Position numbers and translations under genes: made by a program. 64,000 nt of DNA, from sequence record OM456492.1. One strand, given 5' to 3'. Numbering within the stretch: the first letter of the stretch is position 1; each line of letters begins with the position of its first letter. The notes below the pieces were generated by a model. That model was not told the DNA's origin, did no database searches, and saw nothing but the letters and a program-made list of their open reading frames with translations. Positions 53,170 through 63,429 of the stretch are shown here, piece after piece.

Positions 53170-56129
53170 TGACTACGAAAACGTACGACGCATTATCAAA
53201 AGACTTGCTGCTGATGGCACATAACCCATCAGCAATGCAGTCGTTAATGCTGAACCAGCTCCAAGACGTGCAGGACGCCGACGGGCAAATCCTGCTACGT
53301 GACCCGACCGACCCGGTGGTCTACATGACCGAGGTCGGAATTACGATGGGCCACACCATTATCCAGGGCGATCGGGACACCATTCCGAAAATGTTCCCCT
53401 CTATGGCGCAAACACACGATGATCTGTTCCGTCACATGTCTGACGTGGATTATGTCGATGTTTTTGCCCAGCCATCACAAGCAACCTTACTGCTGCTTCT
53501 AGATGTCGACTCTCTATTAGCGAAGGCGATGCCATTAAACGTGGCAGGTATTCGTAAAGTCGTGATTCCACGGGATACCGTCTTTACTGTTTCAGGTTAC
53601 AACTTTGCCATACAGTATCCCATCGAAATTCGAGTGCTACCGTATGGTACCGTTGATAATCCAGCTTTCCAAGTCTTGTGGATTACCGAAACCCAGTCAC
53701 CGATATCGCCCGTAACCACTAACGCGTTGGACTGGGAACTGACAAGTGTCCCTAGCACACCATCGCAGATACTGGCTATCCGTATTCCGGTGATGCAGTA
53801 CAGTGTAAAGGACGAGAACGATACGTTGTTGGGGCAGAACACGTTTGTGATGACGCGCACGTTCACCAACAAGTTCTTCTACGCACGGGTGTGGAATAAA
53901 CCGTCCAATTCAAACACCTGGACAGAAATCCATCACACGCACAGTCGTGACGTTTACGATCCAAACACACCTACGGCGCTGATTCAAGTCGTTAACCAGT
54001 CCATTCGCTGTACGATACCGTCTATCTACATGGCGAAAAATCTGGTAAGTGGTGAAATCCGCATGGACGTATATACGACCATCGGGCCACTCGACCTCGA
54101 CGTTTCTGCATTCCCGGCAGACGAGTACACCTTCTCATTGCGCGACTTGAACGGTGAATACGATGCGGGATACATCAACCCGTTGAAATCATTCTCCATC
54201 AAAATGCTGGTTGCGGAAGAAGGCAGTTACGCCACCGGGGGGCGTACACAACTTTCGTTTGATGAGTTGCGCGACCGTGTGGTAAATAACGCTGTGGGGA
54301 TTCGCAAACTGCCTGTAACGGAAAAGCAGTTAGAAGCCACCGTGTCGGATTACGGTCTAACGTTATCGAAGCCAAACGATTACGTAACTGGGCGTACTTA
54401 CTTCCTGACTGCGCCGATGCCGGAGTCCACGTTATCTAAAGTGAGTTCCCCTATCGGGACCATCACCGCCCCGCTGTACTTTAGCTGGGATGAACTGGTG
54501 AAACTGCCGACGGTCCGTATTAACGGCAACCGTTTGACGATTGAGCCGGATACGCTGTATCGCTTTACGGATACCAGTCTGCAAATCGATGCGGAGATGA
54601 CCATCCTTGCGAAGACCATGCGTAAAGAAGATTTGGTTAATGCGGGTAACACTAACCGTTACCTGTTCACGCCGTTCCATTACGTGGTGGACATTAACAA
54701 CAAATCTTGCGATGTTCGTATTTACCAACTCGATAAACCGCAGTTGAACTCAAAACGTTTCGTTAGCACCAACGTGACAACGGAGCTGAGTGTTGTTACT
54801 GCGGACTATCAGATTGAGAAAACGAACGAAGGGTACGTTTTGCGTACAGTGACTAAGTCAGAACCGCCATACCAGGCGTTAAGTGATGACCAAGTCTTTG
54901 CGCAGATTTCCTTCTCGCCACGCAACGCAGACGGTAAGTTGGCGTACATCAACGGCACCTTAGTGGGTCGTCAAGGTTCGGAGCGTGTATGGGAATTCTT
55001 GTTGAAAACCAATCTCGATGTTGACCGTAACGATGAGTTGATTATCAACAACACCCGAATCACCACCGAAGTGGATGTGGACACACCTGCACCGTTGTTA
55101 ACCGAGTATAACGTGTTCTACGGCTGTACGGGTTACTACCCCGGTAATTACGAACGCGCTGAAATGGATACAATGATTGTACCGCCTGCGCGCGATGGTA
55201 TTGGGATTACTCATGAGATTTTCAAAATCGAGCTGGGTAAAGCCATGTCCTATTACTGGCGAAAAGCACGTGCAGTAACGGACAGCATCAACTACGAATA
55301 CTACCAGAAGGACGTTCTGGCGTATTGGGAAAAGGATGTTATTAAAACCAAAGAAGATGGTGTAACGCCTGAGTATACGTACGACCCTAATGCTGTTCCA
55401 CCGTTGCAAATCACGTACCTGCATCGCAAAGGCGATCCGAAAATAGACCCGGCCACCGGTGAACAAGAAATCGCACACCACGTTGGGGAGCAAATCTTCG
55501 ACGGGAACGGTCAGCCTATTATTGCGAAACCGCGCAGTATTAAGTTCCGTAGTGAAATGGCTGTCTTTGATGCCCGTTATAAGTTCGCAACCTCGAAAGC
55601 GGTTAAAACGTACCTTGATAGCGTAATTGACAACATCATCAACTATGTTACGGTGGTACTGCCTAATCTGAAACCGCTGCTGTTGGAGCAAACTGAAGGC
55701 TTCTTTGTTCCTATCACCACGATGGGTTATATCGACGTACGTACCGAAGACGGGGTTGTGTCACCACTGCCTGCTGAAAACCAGTTCACTGTCAAATATT
55801 ACCTCACGGCAGCGAACCGCGCAAACAGCGAGCTTCTGGCACAAATCCGGAAACGGACTTCGCAAGTCATTAACGATTATCTGTCAACACATCTGACCGT
55901 TTCAGCAACCGAGATTGGTAATGCGTTACGCACCACGCTTAACGATGCCATTATCGGTGTTGAACTCGACGACATGGGGCCAGATAAAGACCTGCGACTG
56001 TTCACTGTCGTTACCGAAGCGGCACGTGCCACGATTGGTAAGAAGCTCGATATCGAAGCCAATGGCGATATCGGTTTGAAAGATGACATCGTACTGTCGT
56101 ACAACCGTCACGATACCGAAAAAGAATAA
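53169..56129 (+). CDS. Baseplate wedge protein (Baseplate-J/T4 gp6-like)
   Basis: GGRTQLSFDELRDRV...RKLPVTEKQLE matches the GG.D.ES.EELR.R...R.AVT..DYE signature; 986 aa. Confidence 0.75.
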   Translation: MTTKTYDALSKDLLLMAHNPSAMQSLMLNQLQDVQDADGQILLRDPTDPVVYMTEVGITMGHTIIQGDRDTIPKMFPSMAQTHDDLFRHMSDVDYVDVFAQPSQATLLLLLDVDSLLAKAMPLNVAGIRKVVIPRDTVFTVSGYNFAIQYPIEIRVLPYGTVDNPAFQVLWITETQSPISPVTTNALDWELTSVPSTPSQILAIRIPVMQYSVKDENDTLLGQNTFVMTRTFTNKFFYARVWNKPSNSNTWTEIHHTHSRDVYDPNTPTALIQVVNQSIRCTIPSIYMAKNLVSGEIRMDVYTTIGPLDLDVSAFPADEYTFSLRDLNGEYDAGYINPLKSFSIKMLVAEEGSYATGGRTQLSFDELRDRVVNNAVGIRKLPVTEKQLEATVSDYGLTLSKPNDYVTGRTYFLTAPMPESTLSKVSSPIGTITAPLYFSWDELVKLPTVRINGNRLTIEPDTLYRFTDTSLQIDAEMTILAKTMRKEDLVNAGNTNRYLFTPFHYVVDINNKSCDVRIYQLDKPQLNSKRFVSTNVTTELSVVTADYQIEKTNEGYVLRTVTKSEPPYQALSDDQVFAQISFSPRNADGKLAYINGTLVGRQGSERVWEFLLKTNLDVDRNDELIINNTRITTEVDVDTPAPLLTEYNVFYGCTGYYPGNYERAEMDTMIVPPARDGIGITHEIFKIELGKAMSYYWRKARAVTDSINYEYYQKDVLAYWEKDVIKTKEDGVTPEYTYDPNAVPPLQITYLHRKGDPKIDPATGEQEIAHHVGEQIFDGNGQPIIAKPRSIKFRSEMAVFDARYKFATSKAVKTYLDSVIDNIINYVTVVLPNLKPLLLEQTEGFFVPITTMGYIDVRTEDGVVSPLPAENQFTVKYYLTAANRANSELLAQIRKRTSQVINDYLSTHLTVSATEIGNALRTTLNDAIIGVELDDMGPDKDLRLFTVVTEAARATIGKKLDIEANGDIGLKDDIVLSYNRHDTEKE

Positions 56130-56135
56130 AAAGCA

Positions 56136-56161
56136 CTACCCTCTCCCGAAGGAGAGGGTAG
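56136..56161. terminator. Bidirectional terminator
   Basis: CTACCCTCTCC-CGAA-GGAGAGGGTAG between convergent genes, with A-rich and T-rich flanks. Confidence 0.9.
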
Positions 56162-56170
56162 CCTTTTATT

Positions 56171-57904
56171 TTATTCGCCGTCAAGCATATTTTTGCGATT
56201 ATTGCCTTTCACCAACGGGTTACGTTTGGCCAGGTTCAGTATCGTCTGCAGTGTAGCGGCAGCACCGCAACAACGACGCACCAAAGACAGGTTACGTCGC
56301 AAGCCGACGAAGAGGTCTTCGTCACCGTCTGGGGAGAATAACACCATCGAGAGTTCGCGACCGTCGGTGCGCAGACCAGAAGGTTGATTAAGCTCGTTCA
56401 TGATGACTTCGCTAATCAGGTTAACGTATTCAACGTTATCCTTGGTTGCTTTCTGGAACTGCTCCAACACCTTAATCGTGTTATTAACCGCCTTATCCAG
56501 CGCACTGTAGCGGTTCAGGTTAGTCGCAGCGGTGTCGTTGGTAAAGCCTTGTTTACCTAACGTTACCACTACAGCCAGCAGCTCACGTTCGTCACCAACC
56601 GATAACGTGCCCGCTTGGCGCATTTGCTCTAAGCACTCGCGTCCCAAGAACGCAGATGCTTGTGCATTAACCAAGACTTTACCAGGCACGAAATCCACAC
56701 CATCATCATGACCCACTAAACCACGAACTTTGTTTTCTGGAATAACGACCAAAGGTGCAGTAGCGTATTCGAATCCTTTGCGGGAAACGTCGCTGATGAT
56801 GAAGTTCATCGTGGTGTTCAGCTGCGCTAACGCCTGACCGAAAATAAGCGCGGTATCATGTGCTGCTTTGTTAACCTGCTTACCATTGTGCGTGGTGGTT
56901 GAACCTTGCTGATTCTTAAAACCTTCGGCAACACTTGGGTCAATCATCGCTTTAAAGGCACTCTGGAGCGAGCCAAAGTAACCGATAAGTTCACTGGCAA
57001 CATTCGACATCTGATGGAAGTTCAACAGGTTCGGGATACGTACACCGGCTTCGCGAGCAGACTTCGGTAACGCCTGCCAGGCTTTCTTACCCACTTCAAT
57101 CGGGTAGATACCGTACGTCACGTTGTGTTGTAACAGGGTGTCTAACAGATCGTGAATAACCTGCTGGCTTGACTGACGTTTCTTAGTGTAGCCTTTGAAC
57201 AACTCAGTGAACGGCGAACGACCCAGCGCGCTGCTCAAGTCGTTCAGATACTCTTCCGCGTTCATGTTCGTAAACACTTCGTCGGCCATCGCGATAGCCA
57301 AGTTCAGGTTTTCCAGGTCACGACCTTTCAGACCCTTAGAGGCTTCGATGTATGCATCTTTCACTGCGCTGATTTTCAGCTGACCGATGATGGTATTTTC
57401 GGTCTGGGAGAAACTCTCTGCTTTTTCGCCGACTTTCTCAGCGTAACCTTCGCCGTCGAATTCGCCATTACCAGCAAACCCGTTACCGTTGCTGATAATC
57501 CAACCGATGATTTTGATAATCGCGGTCATGATCAGCACAACCAATCCCACTTTACCTGCATTTGCCCAGGATTCGAGCGCAACAATAGTCTCTTTCTGGT
57601 GCGTGCGGGTATAGTTCGAAGTCAGGATTTTGCGAACGGCTTCGGGAATTGTACCTGGGCGAGAAGATTCAACAGCGACAGCGACATCTTTCGACAGACC
57701 TGCGCGACGCACTTCGTCAAGAATCGCGTCAATTTGCAGAATCAGTCGAGAGCCGTAGATTAAGTCAGCTTCGTTGCGTTGCATGTACAGATTGAGCTGG
57801 TTGACAGAATCAATACGCTCGGCCATACGTGAACGCAGGACTTCACCGATCTCCCCCAAACGCCATTTGGGGTGGGTGGCGTTACCTGTCATTTCCATGC
57901 TCAT
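56171..57904 (-). CDS. Head/ejection protein (SPN3US gp47-type) with a hydrophobic helix
   Basis: VAVES and VALES sites followed by VGLVVLIMTAIIKIIGWII. Confidence 0.75.
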   Translation of the reverse strand: MSMEMTGNATHPKWRLGEIGEVLRSRMAERIDSVNQLNLYMQRNEADLIYGSRLILQIDAILDEVRRAGLSKDVAVAVESSRPGTIPEAVRKILTSNYTRTHQKETIVALESWANAGKVGLVVLIMTAIIKIIGWIISNGNGFAGNGEFDGEGYAEKVGEKAESFSQTENTIIGQLKISAVKDAYIEASKGLKGRDLENLNLAIAMADEVFTNMNAEEYLNDLSSALGRSPFTELFKGYTKKRQSSQQVIHDLLDTLLQHNVTYGIYPIEVGKKAWQALPKSAREAGVRIPNLLNFHQMSNVASELIGYFGSLQSAFKAMIDPSVAEGFKNQQGSTTTHNGKQVNKAAHDTALIFGQALAQLNTTMNFIISDVSRKGFEYATAPLVVIPENKVRGLVGHDDGVDFVPGKVLVNAQASAFLGRECLEQMRQAGTLSVGDERELLAVVVTLGKQGFTNDTAATNLNRYSALDKAVNNTIKVLEQFQKATKDNVEYVNLISEVIMNELNQPSGLRTDGRELSMVLFSPDGDEDLFVGLRRNLSLVRRCCGAAATLQTILNLAKRNPLVKGNNRKNMLDGE

Positions 57905-58344
57905 GAAATTTGCCCTTTCAGTTCTGCCATGTAGAAACCAACCACCTCCATAAAGCGGCTAATCCACAGACCGACGGTTTCCCAGATATCTTCCCCGAGT
58001 GCCTGGTTGAAAATCTCACGAACTGAGAAACTTTCCAGAGCTTTAGCGCCGCCATACACGTTGCAGTAACGATTGCAGTACAGACCCACGGTCATGTCCT
58101 CAATCACGCCTAAATCAACACAGTACAGCTCGTTAACGTCAGAGACGATATTACGCATTACCGGACGTAAAAACGTCCCAGCGGCCTCTGCAGCGCCATA
58201 TTGGCCATTGTCAGCCAATACCGCGTTATACGCCAGTGAGAAAGCAACCAGGCCGGTCAAAGCACGCTGGGCGTGTACACCTTTCCCTTCGTTGGTACGT
58301 TTGAAATCCAGTACCAGGTTATTTAAAGAAACTTTATGCGTCAT
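57901..58344 (-). CDS. Probable head protein
   Basis: 147 aa, ATGA-coupled in the head operon. Confidence 0.7.
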   Translation of the reverse strand: MTHKVSLNNLVLDFKRTNEGKGVHAQRALTGLVAFSLAYNAVLADNGQYGAAEAAGTFLRPVMRNIVSDVNELYCVDLGVIEDMTVGLYCNRYCNVYGGAKALESFSVREIFNQALGEDIWETVGLWISRFMEVVGFYMAELKGQIS

Positions 58345-58359
58345 GTTAAGTACCCTTAC

Positions 58360-59712
58360 TTAGGAAGAAGTCGCCTGACTAAGCTTCGCAGAAGCCACAC
58401 GCAGGTCATTAGAAAGATAGCGCTCCATCGTACGCTGATAATCCACCCCAGCACGCTCACGGCGACCGCCTGGGGTCAGCGTTTTCATGATGAAGCTAAA
58501 GACGTTATCTTTGTCTTTCACGGTTTTCAGCAATTCGTCGATAGACGCAATGCCCTGCAGGATACGTTTACGGTGCTCATTCGCTTCTTTCGTGGTGCTG
58601 CCTTTTAAGGTGTTCAGCTCCTCCACTAAGTTACGACGCATCGTCTCAAAACGTTCCTGTGGCGGATCGTAGATAGTGTTGCGTGGATCGTTCACAATCA
58701 GGCCGAACGCCACGGAGATAGCCGTGAAGAACAGACCAACTGGATTAGTCGAAGCCACAATCAGCAGCGAAACGTTAAGCATCTCCAGCATCAGATGCAC
58801 ACCGTAGTTCATGTACGACGTGTTCCGGCAGAGATAGAATTGGGACGTTTCGATTTTGTACAAGGCTGACGCCAGGTACGGGGCTGCACCAAAGCGAGCT
58901 GCGAAGTCATCTGCAGCACGTTCCCAGGTACGGTTAGCGAACCCTTCCGAACCGGTAACAAACGGACGCTCAAGCAGAATGTCTGTCACCAGATGCATGT
59001 AGATGTTCTCTTTAGACATCTCTTTGCAGATAGTTTCCGGCTGATTCACTTTGGTGTTCAGCATACGTTCAACGTCTTTTACGACTTTTAAACGCACTGT
59101 CGGGTCTTCTGTTTGCATCATGCGGTTCGCTGCAGCATCCGCAATCAGGTTCGTTACCACCGTACGCATCAAGGTACGGAAGTAGTAGTAGACGTGGCCG
59201 ACCTCATGTAGAATAATCGCCGCGACTTCTAAATCCGTTAACTCGATACCTGTCAGTAGTTTCGGGGTCAGCCAAAGTGGGGACGGCACCTTGCTGAGTT
59301 CGCCTGAAAGCTTCGCATTTTTATCGTCGAACTCGCCGTTCAGCTCGTTCTCTTTTAAGAACTTACTGTAGACATCCAGGTCGGTGTTACCCTGCACCAT
59401 CTTGCGTTGCAGGTCGGCGATGATTGGGTTGTTCGCGTCGAGCTTCGGTGGCTCCACACCCGCAAACACAACGTCCGCCACACCTAAGTCGGACCCGTTA
59501 CGAGGCAGGACTGTAATACCGTTGTTGTCAAAGACCCAGGCAGCAATACCAGAACTCTGATAACCCGCTGGCGAGAAGTCGCCCGCATCACGGAACTTAC
59601 GTACCACTTCCGCCAAAGAGGCGAGTTTCTTTTTATCTTGGAATCCGATGGACTCCGAGGCCACGGCTTTCGCGTCGGCCAACGAGGTTATGTGCTTTTG
59701 CCAGTGTCCCAT
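58360..59712 (-). CDS. Virion HEXXH zinc metalloprotease-like protein (M48-type)
   Basis: IILHEVGHVY, downstream WERAADDFAARFG (ExxAD), hydrophobic hairpin VSLLIVASTNPVGLFFTAISVAFGLIV, VASES propeptide site. Confidence 0.7.
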   Translation of the reverse strand: MGHWQKHITSLADAKAVASESIGFQDKKKLASLAEVVRKFRDAGDFSPAGYQSSGIAAWVFDNNGITVLPRNGSDLGVADVVFAGVEPPKLDANNPIIADLQRKMVQGNTDLDVYSKFLKENELNGEFDDKNAKLSGELSKVPSPLWLTPKLLTGIELTDLEVAAIILHEVGHVYYYFRTLMRTVVTNLIADAAANRMMQTEDPTVRLKVVKDVERMLNTKVNQPETICKEMSKENIYMHLVTDILLERPFVTGSEGFANRTWERAADDFAARFGAAPYLASALYKIETSQFYLCRNTSYMNYGVHLMLEMLNVSLLIVASTNPVGLFFTAISVAFGLIVNDPRNTIYDPPQERFETMRRNLVEELNTLKGSTTKEANEHRKRILQGIASIDELLKTVKDKDNVFSFIMKTLTPGGRRERAGVDYQRTMERYLSNDLRVASAKLSQATSS

Positions 59713-59782
59713 TTAGACGTTCCTTTTAGAAAATACGTTACCCACAAATCAGTATAGCAGACACCATATTTGAGAGTAGACC

Positions 59783-61567
59783 ATGGAAATCAATACCTAT
59801 TACGCACCCGAGGATGTCATCGCTAAAGAGTGCAAGCACGTCGCTTATGCGACGGACGAAGAAAAAGAAAATGACTTTGTCCTCATCAAAGAGGTCATCC
59901 ATACTAAGGATGGCAGGCTTATCCCGCGCTTGGTAATGCGTGAGAATTTAAAGCGTCCGGTGTACGTTACCCGTGAAGAATATCGTAACCACCAGGAGAA
60001 AAAAGAGTTCGAAGAAAAAGGAAAATGTCAAGAACTCTGGACTACTGATGCGCAGATGGCGAAGACGTTGCAGATGGGTTTAGGTGCACGTTTCCCTGAC
60101 CCGAAAAAGAACCTGCGACGTGTTTGTACTAGCCCGTACGTTTATTGGGCTGACTTACCGATTACCAGCTGGATTAAACAGAAATACTTAAAGCGTTGGC
60201 CAAACAACATCAGTCCTAACCGTCTTTGCGTATACGACGTGGAGACCAACGAAATGGACGGCACGAAGGAACCGTGGATCGTGTCATTTATCTTAGACGA
60301 CGAAATCCATTTCTTTGGTGCTAAGAACTACATGGACCGCATCGGTAAAAACGCGGAAGAAGTCATTCTCAAAAAAGCGCAGGAACTCTTAAGCAAAATC
60401 GAATTCGATGAGAAAGACAAAAAGACTGGCGAAAAGGTGACAAAGACCAAAGACATTATCAGTGGTTATAAAATCTTCACCTATACCTGCGCTACGGCAG
60501 GGCAGTGCATCGTCAGGATGTTCGAAGAAATTCATCCGCGTCTTCCTGATTTGCTGGTCGCATGGAACCACCAGTTCGATATTTCACGCATGTTAGAAAC
60601 CTTGCAGAAAGAAGGCATCGATCCACTGGGCGTCTTTAACCATCCGGATGTGCCGGAGAAATACCGTCGTCTGTGGTTTAAAGAAGACCAGGCGAACAAA
60701 AAGACAGAATCCAAGTCACTCACCAAAGCACCGTCACAACAGTGGCACGTACTCTACTGTACTGCGTCTTTCTACTGTGTGGATGCCATGGTGTTATTCC
60801 GTTCGTTGCGTGTCCACGAAGGCCAACGTCCTTCGTACAAGTTATCTGCCATACTGTACACCGAACTCGGTTTACACAAACTCGACATTCCTGGCCTGCC
60901 GTATGAAGATAACCTGCAATGGCACATAAAAGCACAACGGGACTACCCTGCCGAATACGCCGTATACAACATGATGGATAACTTGTTAATCGTGTTGTTG
61001 GATAAGAAGACAAACGACTTGTCTTCGGCAATATCCATTCTGGCAGGTTTCTCGATGTACGATATCTTCCCGTCGCTACCAAAACGTATCTGCGTGGCTT
61101 TTACCTATTATCTGTATGACAAAGGATACGTCATCGGTTCCGTAGGGTCTGCAATGCGTAACGATTACGATGAAGAGGTTATCGGTACAGACGGTTGGAT
61201 TGTTACCCTGACAGCATGTATGAATGCTGAGAACGGTCTGAATAACATTCTGGAGGAGATTGACGAATATTACTCTGCGTTCCGTGGTCAAACTGCGGAT
61301 GCGGACTTAACCCAGGCCTACCCTTCGGCCACAAACATGATGAACCAGTCTCGTGAGACCACACTCATTGAACTGCTGTCCATCAATGGGGTTAGTGAAG
61401 AGATTCGACGTCGCACGGGCGTCAACTTAACTGCTGGGCGAGTTAATGCCATGGAAATAGCGACAGACTTCTTCTGCTTACCGGACAAAGACACTGTCCT
61501 GTCTACGTTCTTACGTAAGCAAGGGGAAGTAGTGACAGAGCCTATGGAGTACATCTGCGGGTTCTAA
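59783..61567 (+). CDS. Family-B DNA polymerase, exonuclease + motif A subunit (split polymerase)
   Basis: ExoI VYDVETNE, ExoII AWNHQFDI, ExoIII YNMMD, motif A DADLTQAYPS; no motif B or C. Confidence 0.88.
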   Translation: MEINTYYAPEDVIAKECKHVAYATDEEKENDFVLIKEVIHTKDGRLIPRLVMRENLKRPVYVTREEYRNHQEKKEFEEKGKCQELWTTDAQMAKTLQMGLGARFPDPKKNLRRVCTSPYVYWADLPITSWIKQKYLKRWPNNISPNRLCVYDVETNEMDGTKEPWIVSFILDDEIHFFGAKNYMDRIGKNAEEVILKKAQELLSKIEFDEKDKKTGEKVTKTKDIISGYKIFTYTCATAGQCIVRMFEEIHPRLPDLLVAWNHQFDISRMLETLQKEGIDPLGVFNHPDVPEKYRRLWFKEDQANKKTESKSLTKAPSQQWHVLYCTASFYCVDAMVLFRSLRVHEGQRPSYKLSAILYTELGLHKLDIPGLPYEDNLQWHIKAQRDYPAEYAVYNMMDNLLIVLLDKKTNDLSSAISILAGFSMYDIFPSLPKRICVAFTYYLYDKGYVIGSVGSAMRNDYDEEVIGTDGWIVTLTACMNAENGLNNILEEIDEYYSAFRGQTADADLTQAYPSATNMMNQSRETTLIELLSINGVSEEIRRRTGVNLTAGRVNAMEIATDFFCLPDKDTVLSTFLRKQGEVVTEPMEYICGF

Positions 61568-61583
61568 AACAAAAAAAGAAAGG

Positions 61584-61607
61584 CCTCTCTACCCTAGGGT
61601 AGAGAGG
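61584..61607. terminator. Bidirectional terminator (perfect 24-bp palindrome)
   Basis: CCTCTCTACCCTAGGGTAGAGAGG with an A tract before and a T tract after. Confidence 0.88.
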
Positions 61608-61616
61608 TACTTTTAT

Positions 61617-62117
61617 TTAGCCGCCAAAGGCGTGCATAACCAGCGAACGGAGGTCCGGGTCGTTCAAGCGACGGGCCAGACGGTCAACATCGTTGGTATC
61701 ACGGAAACGACCTTTATCGGCGCAGCGTGCGTAACGAATCAGCATGTTAATAAAGATAACGAAGACTTCACGCTCGTCACGATTCGGGAAGTTCTCACTG
61801 ATACGGTTATTAGCAGCCGGTGCGTAGAAAATACCGTTACGGTGCTTATTAGCCGCTTCTACAAAGGCGTAGAAACCATCCAGGAAGGCCTGACCGCGCA
61901 GTTTAAACAGCTCACGGAAAGAGTGATGCAGCTTATTATACGCATCTTTCTCAGCCTGGGTACCAGATGCTTTACGTGGGCCGGCGTTGTTACCTGCTTC
62001 ATCGAGCATCGTGGTGATCAGTTTAACACGATACTGGTCGTCGTTGCTGTAAGAAGCGCTATCACGGACCACGCCTTCTGTACGTGGGTCAAGGGTAGTA
62101 GTGTCTTTCTTAGTCAT
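61617..62117 (-). CDS. Conserved hypothetical protein
   Basis: Start moved to MTKKDTT (SD AAGGA). Confidence 0.8.
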   Translation of the reverse strand: MTKKDTTTLDPRTEGVVRDSASYSNDDQYRVKLITTMLDEAGNNAGPRKASGTQAEKDAYNKLHHSFRELFKLRGQAFLDGFYAFVEAANKHRNGIFYAPAANNRISENFPNRDEREVFVIFINMLIRYARCADKGRFRDTNDVDRLARRLNDPDLRSLVMHAFGG

Positions 62118-62130
62118 GAGGAAACAATCC

Positions 62131-63429
62131 TTAGGTGATGTGGAATTTAGGGATGTACTCTTTAACCACGGTTTCACGACCGTGCATCGCACCCATTGCA
62201 GTGGTCATAACGTTCGAGAAGCCGGAAGAGATATCCGCAGCGATTGCCCGTGGCTCTTCTGCTTTGTGTGCAGAGGCGCACGCCGCACAACAGTCTACGT
62301 GACCTTGCTGACATAAGATGGGGCGTCGGAGTCGAACAACTTTACCAAATTGAGTTTTCAAATACTCTTCGGTGAGTTGGGTAACCTTACCGTTAATCAT
62401 CGCATTCATGCCGACATAACGCTTGTAGTTATACTGGTTAATTACAAGCGCATGGGTCAGTTTTGTCCCGCAATCCCCAGGTACGATTTTGTGGTTCTGG
62501 AAAATCATCTGGATGATACGTACCTGCTCACCACCTTTGGCGGTTTCCGCACCACGCATGAAAGAACCTTCACGAGTGTCATTGAATTTCTCAATAAGGT
62601 ACTTCATCCCAGTCTGGTCGACTTCCATCAAACTCGTTGGGATTAAGGTAAAGTCTGCCCCTTCTTTAAAAGCGGTCTGAATACCGTACATCAGCATCAG
62701 CTTACGGCGTCGCATACGTGCTTTGGGCGAGCTGTAAAACTCAACGGACTGGTCGCCACTCAACCACTCTTTATCAAGTTCGTCGAGAGCTTTTTCAATC
62801 ATAACGATAACCGCAGGGTTATCCAGTTCGTCTTTGTGCTTTAACAGCAACGCATCACGCACCTTATACGCATCAGGATGCGTTGTAAGGCTTCTAATAG
62901 TACCAGTTGGGGCTATCCCACGACACAGCGGAGCAAGCTCGTGTAGACCCCCTACAAAGCGTCCTATCATGTATGGCCGAATCGCGTCTTCGTTGTCTGG
63001 ATCGGTGTCATCGTATTCCACACATCGTTCGTACATCTCCTCACGGTAGGCTAGCGGGTCACGGGACTCTGCCAGATACGGGAGACGGGTACCGAATGCG
63101 TAATAGATAGCAATCCAGTTAAAGACATAACGACCCACAGTGGTCGGGATAGGGCCAGCTAAGCCTGGATACATCTCAGGACGCAATTCAAACTGCTCTT
63201 CCGGCACGAACAGCTCTTCATCTTTTTTGCACCCTTCAATCGGCACCCACTTGGTTTCTTCGTTTTCCCAGTAGTGGGGCAAGCCGTCAATGTAGTTCAG
63301 GTCATATTGCTCAGGTGGCTCACCTTTTTCATTAAAGATGGCCACGTTGAAAACCGCAATACGCCACACCAGTCTACGCCAGGCTTCTGCATTACACGCA
63401 GCGACCAAGTATTCAATCTTGTTCATCAT
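62131..63429 (-). CDS. Virion RNA polymerase beta'-like middle subunit (phiKZ gp80-type)
   Basis: GDCGT and RRPILCQQGHVDCCAAC zinc-binding motif like beta' RSPLTC...C..C; bridge-helix-like GSFMRGAETAKGG. Confidence 0.88.
   Translation of the reverse strand: MMNKIEYLVAACNAEAWRRLVWRIAVFNVAIFNEKGEPPEQYDLNYIDGLPHYWENEETKWVPIEGCKKDEELFVPEEQFELRPEMYPGLAGPIPTTVGRYVFNWIAIYYAFGTRLPYLAESRDPLAYREEMYERCVEYDDTDPDNEDAIRPYMIGRFVGGLHELAPLCRGIAPTGTIRSLTTHPDAYKVRDALLLKHKDELDNPAVIVMIEKALDELDKEWLSGDQSVEFYSSPKARMRRRKLMLMYGIQTAFKEGADFTLIPTSLMEVDQTGMKYLIEKFNDTREGSFMRGAETAKGGEQVRIIQMIFQNHKIVPGDCGTKLTHALVINQYNYKRYVGMNAMINGKVTQLTEEYLKTQFGKVVRLRRPILCQQGHVDCCAACASAHKAEEPRAIAADISSGFSNVMTTAMGAMHGRETVVKEYIPKFHIT

Noticed and set aside
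28064-63429. Introns, inteins or homing endonucleases in the RNAP, MCP, helicase or DNA polymerase genes
   Set aside because: All ORFs are continuous and of expected size; no HNH, LAGLIDADG, GIY-YIG or intein terminal motifs were seen.
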